In this document: positions 44,233 through 44,978 of the stretch, one piece after another
Layout of the letters: each line of letters opens with the position of its first letter
Numbering within the stretch: position 1 is the first letter of the stretch
Assembly: GCA_045805065.1 (NCBI GenBank)
Contig: JBJMMA010000144.1
Location: forward strand, 1-44,978
Origin: Bdellovibrionia bacterium
GTDB lineage: Bacteria > Bdellovibrionota > UBA1018
DNA: 44,978 nt
Direction of reading: 5' to 3'
Program-made: the position numbers and the translations under genes
Notes under the pieces: generated by a model
Databases searched by the model: none
Seen by the model: only the letters and a program-made list of their open reading frames with translations
What the model was told of the DNA's origin: nothing

Positions 44233-44248
44233 TGCATGATTAAGACCG
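44233..44248 (-). promoter_or_regulatory. sigma54-like element
   Basis: CGGTCTTAATCATGCA ending 15 nt before ATG 44217. Confidence 0.45.
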
Positions 44249-44381
44249 CGCGCAAAGCGCAAGCCGCAGACTAAATTTCAAAATGTCGCTCGGAAGGCGA
44301 AACGACTTTGACTTGCTTGCTTTTGCTGAGAGCTTGGACGTTCGAAGCCAATGAGGTAAGAAAGGGAACAAGGGAAATGAA

Positions 44382-44978
44382 ATGCTGAACTCAAAAACAC
44401 CAAGACTTCCGACTTACTTTATCTCTCATGGCGGTGGTCCCTGGCCTTATATGAAGGATGACTTTGGGCGAGCTTTTGGGAAGCTTGCGGCATCGCTTCA
44501 GAATATGCCTCGGCAGATTGGCGTGACGCCGCGGGCGGTGCTGGCTATTTCCGGGCATTGGGAAGAGCGTGACTTTGCAGTCATGGCAAACCCAAGGCCT
44601 CCGATGGTTTATGATTACTCCGGTTTTCCTGAGCACACTTATCATGTGAAGTATCAGGCGCCGGGAGATCCGCAGCTTGCCGAGCGCGTACATACGCTGA
44701 TTCAAAGCGCAGGGTTTGCGTCCCATCTGGATCATGAGCGTGGCTTTGATCACGGAACCTTTGCGCCGCTTGTGGTGGTTTATCCGGAGGCCAATGTTCC
44801 GATTCTCCAACTTTCGATCCGGGCCGATTACGATCCCAAGGCTCATCTGGAGCTTGGAAAAGCACTTACACCCTTACGTGACGAGGGCGTGCTGATCTTA
44901 GGCAGCGGACTGAGTTATCACAATCTCAGATTTTTTGATGAACGAGCCAGAGTTCCCTCAAAAGGTTTTGATGATTGG
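44382..44978 (+). CDS. class III extradiol ring-cleavage dioxygenase, DODA/YgiD-like; partial, runs off the window
   Basis: Manual translation gives MLNSKTPRLPTYFISHGGGPWP...ISGHWEE...YDYSGFP...RGFDHG...GSGLSYHNL; absent from the ORF track because it has no stop codon in the window. Confidence 0.93.
   Translation, partial: MLNSKTPRLPTYFISHGGGPWPYMKDDFGRAFGKLAASLQNMPRQIGVTPRAVLAISGHWEERDFAVMANPRPPMVYDYSGFPEHTYHVKYQAPGDPQLAERVHTLIQSAGFASHLDHERGFDHGTFAPLVVVYPEANVPILQLSIRADYDPKAHLELGKALTPLRDEGVLILGSGLSYHNLRFFDERARVPSKGFDDW

Noticed and set aside
44391..44865. Two minus-strand ORFs at the window end
   Set aside because: Shadows of the plus-strand dioxygenase gene

Overview
Gene-dense bacterial chromosomal window of roughly 50-53% GC (estimated by eye). 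Gene content and style suggest a Bdellovibrionota/Oligoflexia-like organism, which is an inference. I found no rRNA, tRNA, CRISPR array or transposase. About 48 CDS are supported. They include an MCP, a NUDIX hydrolase, a CxxCH-bearing outer-membrane barrel, a Bacillus YjgC/YjgD-type formate dehydrogenase operon with fdhD, a ygiB/ygiC/yjfL-like cluster, three secreted modular glycan-binding proteins with Pro/Thr linkers, an RRM protein, menB, an ABC-F ATPase, a Mesh1-like HD hydrolase, an FKBP, a beta-carbonic anhydrase, several transporters, a PAS histidine kinase and a ring-cleavage dioxygenase cut by the window edge. Two signals stand out. (1) A two-gene candidate peptide-modification (RiPP-like) unit at 33749-35170 pairs a short peptide carrying an IKTGISAG motif with a YkgJ/FliB-like Cys-cluster enzyme that has a C-terminal RRE/PqqD-like domain. 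(2) A GG-N9-TGCW (sigma54 -24/-12-like) element lies just upstream of about 15 genes, many of them typical general-stress genes, and several would give near-leaderless transcripts. All family calls come from motif recognition, not database searches.
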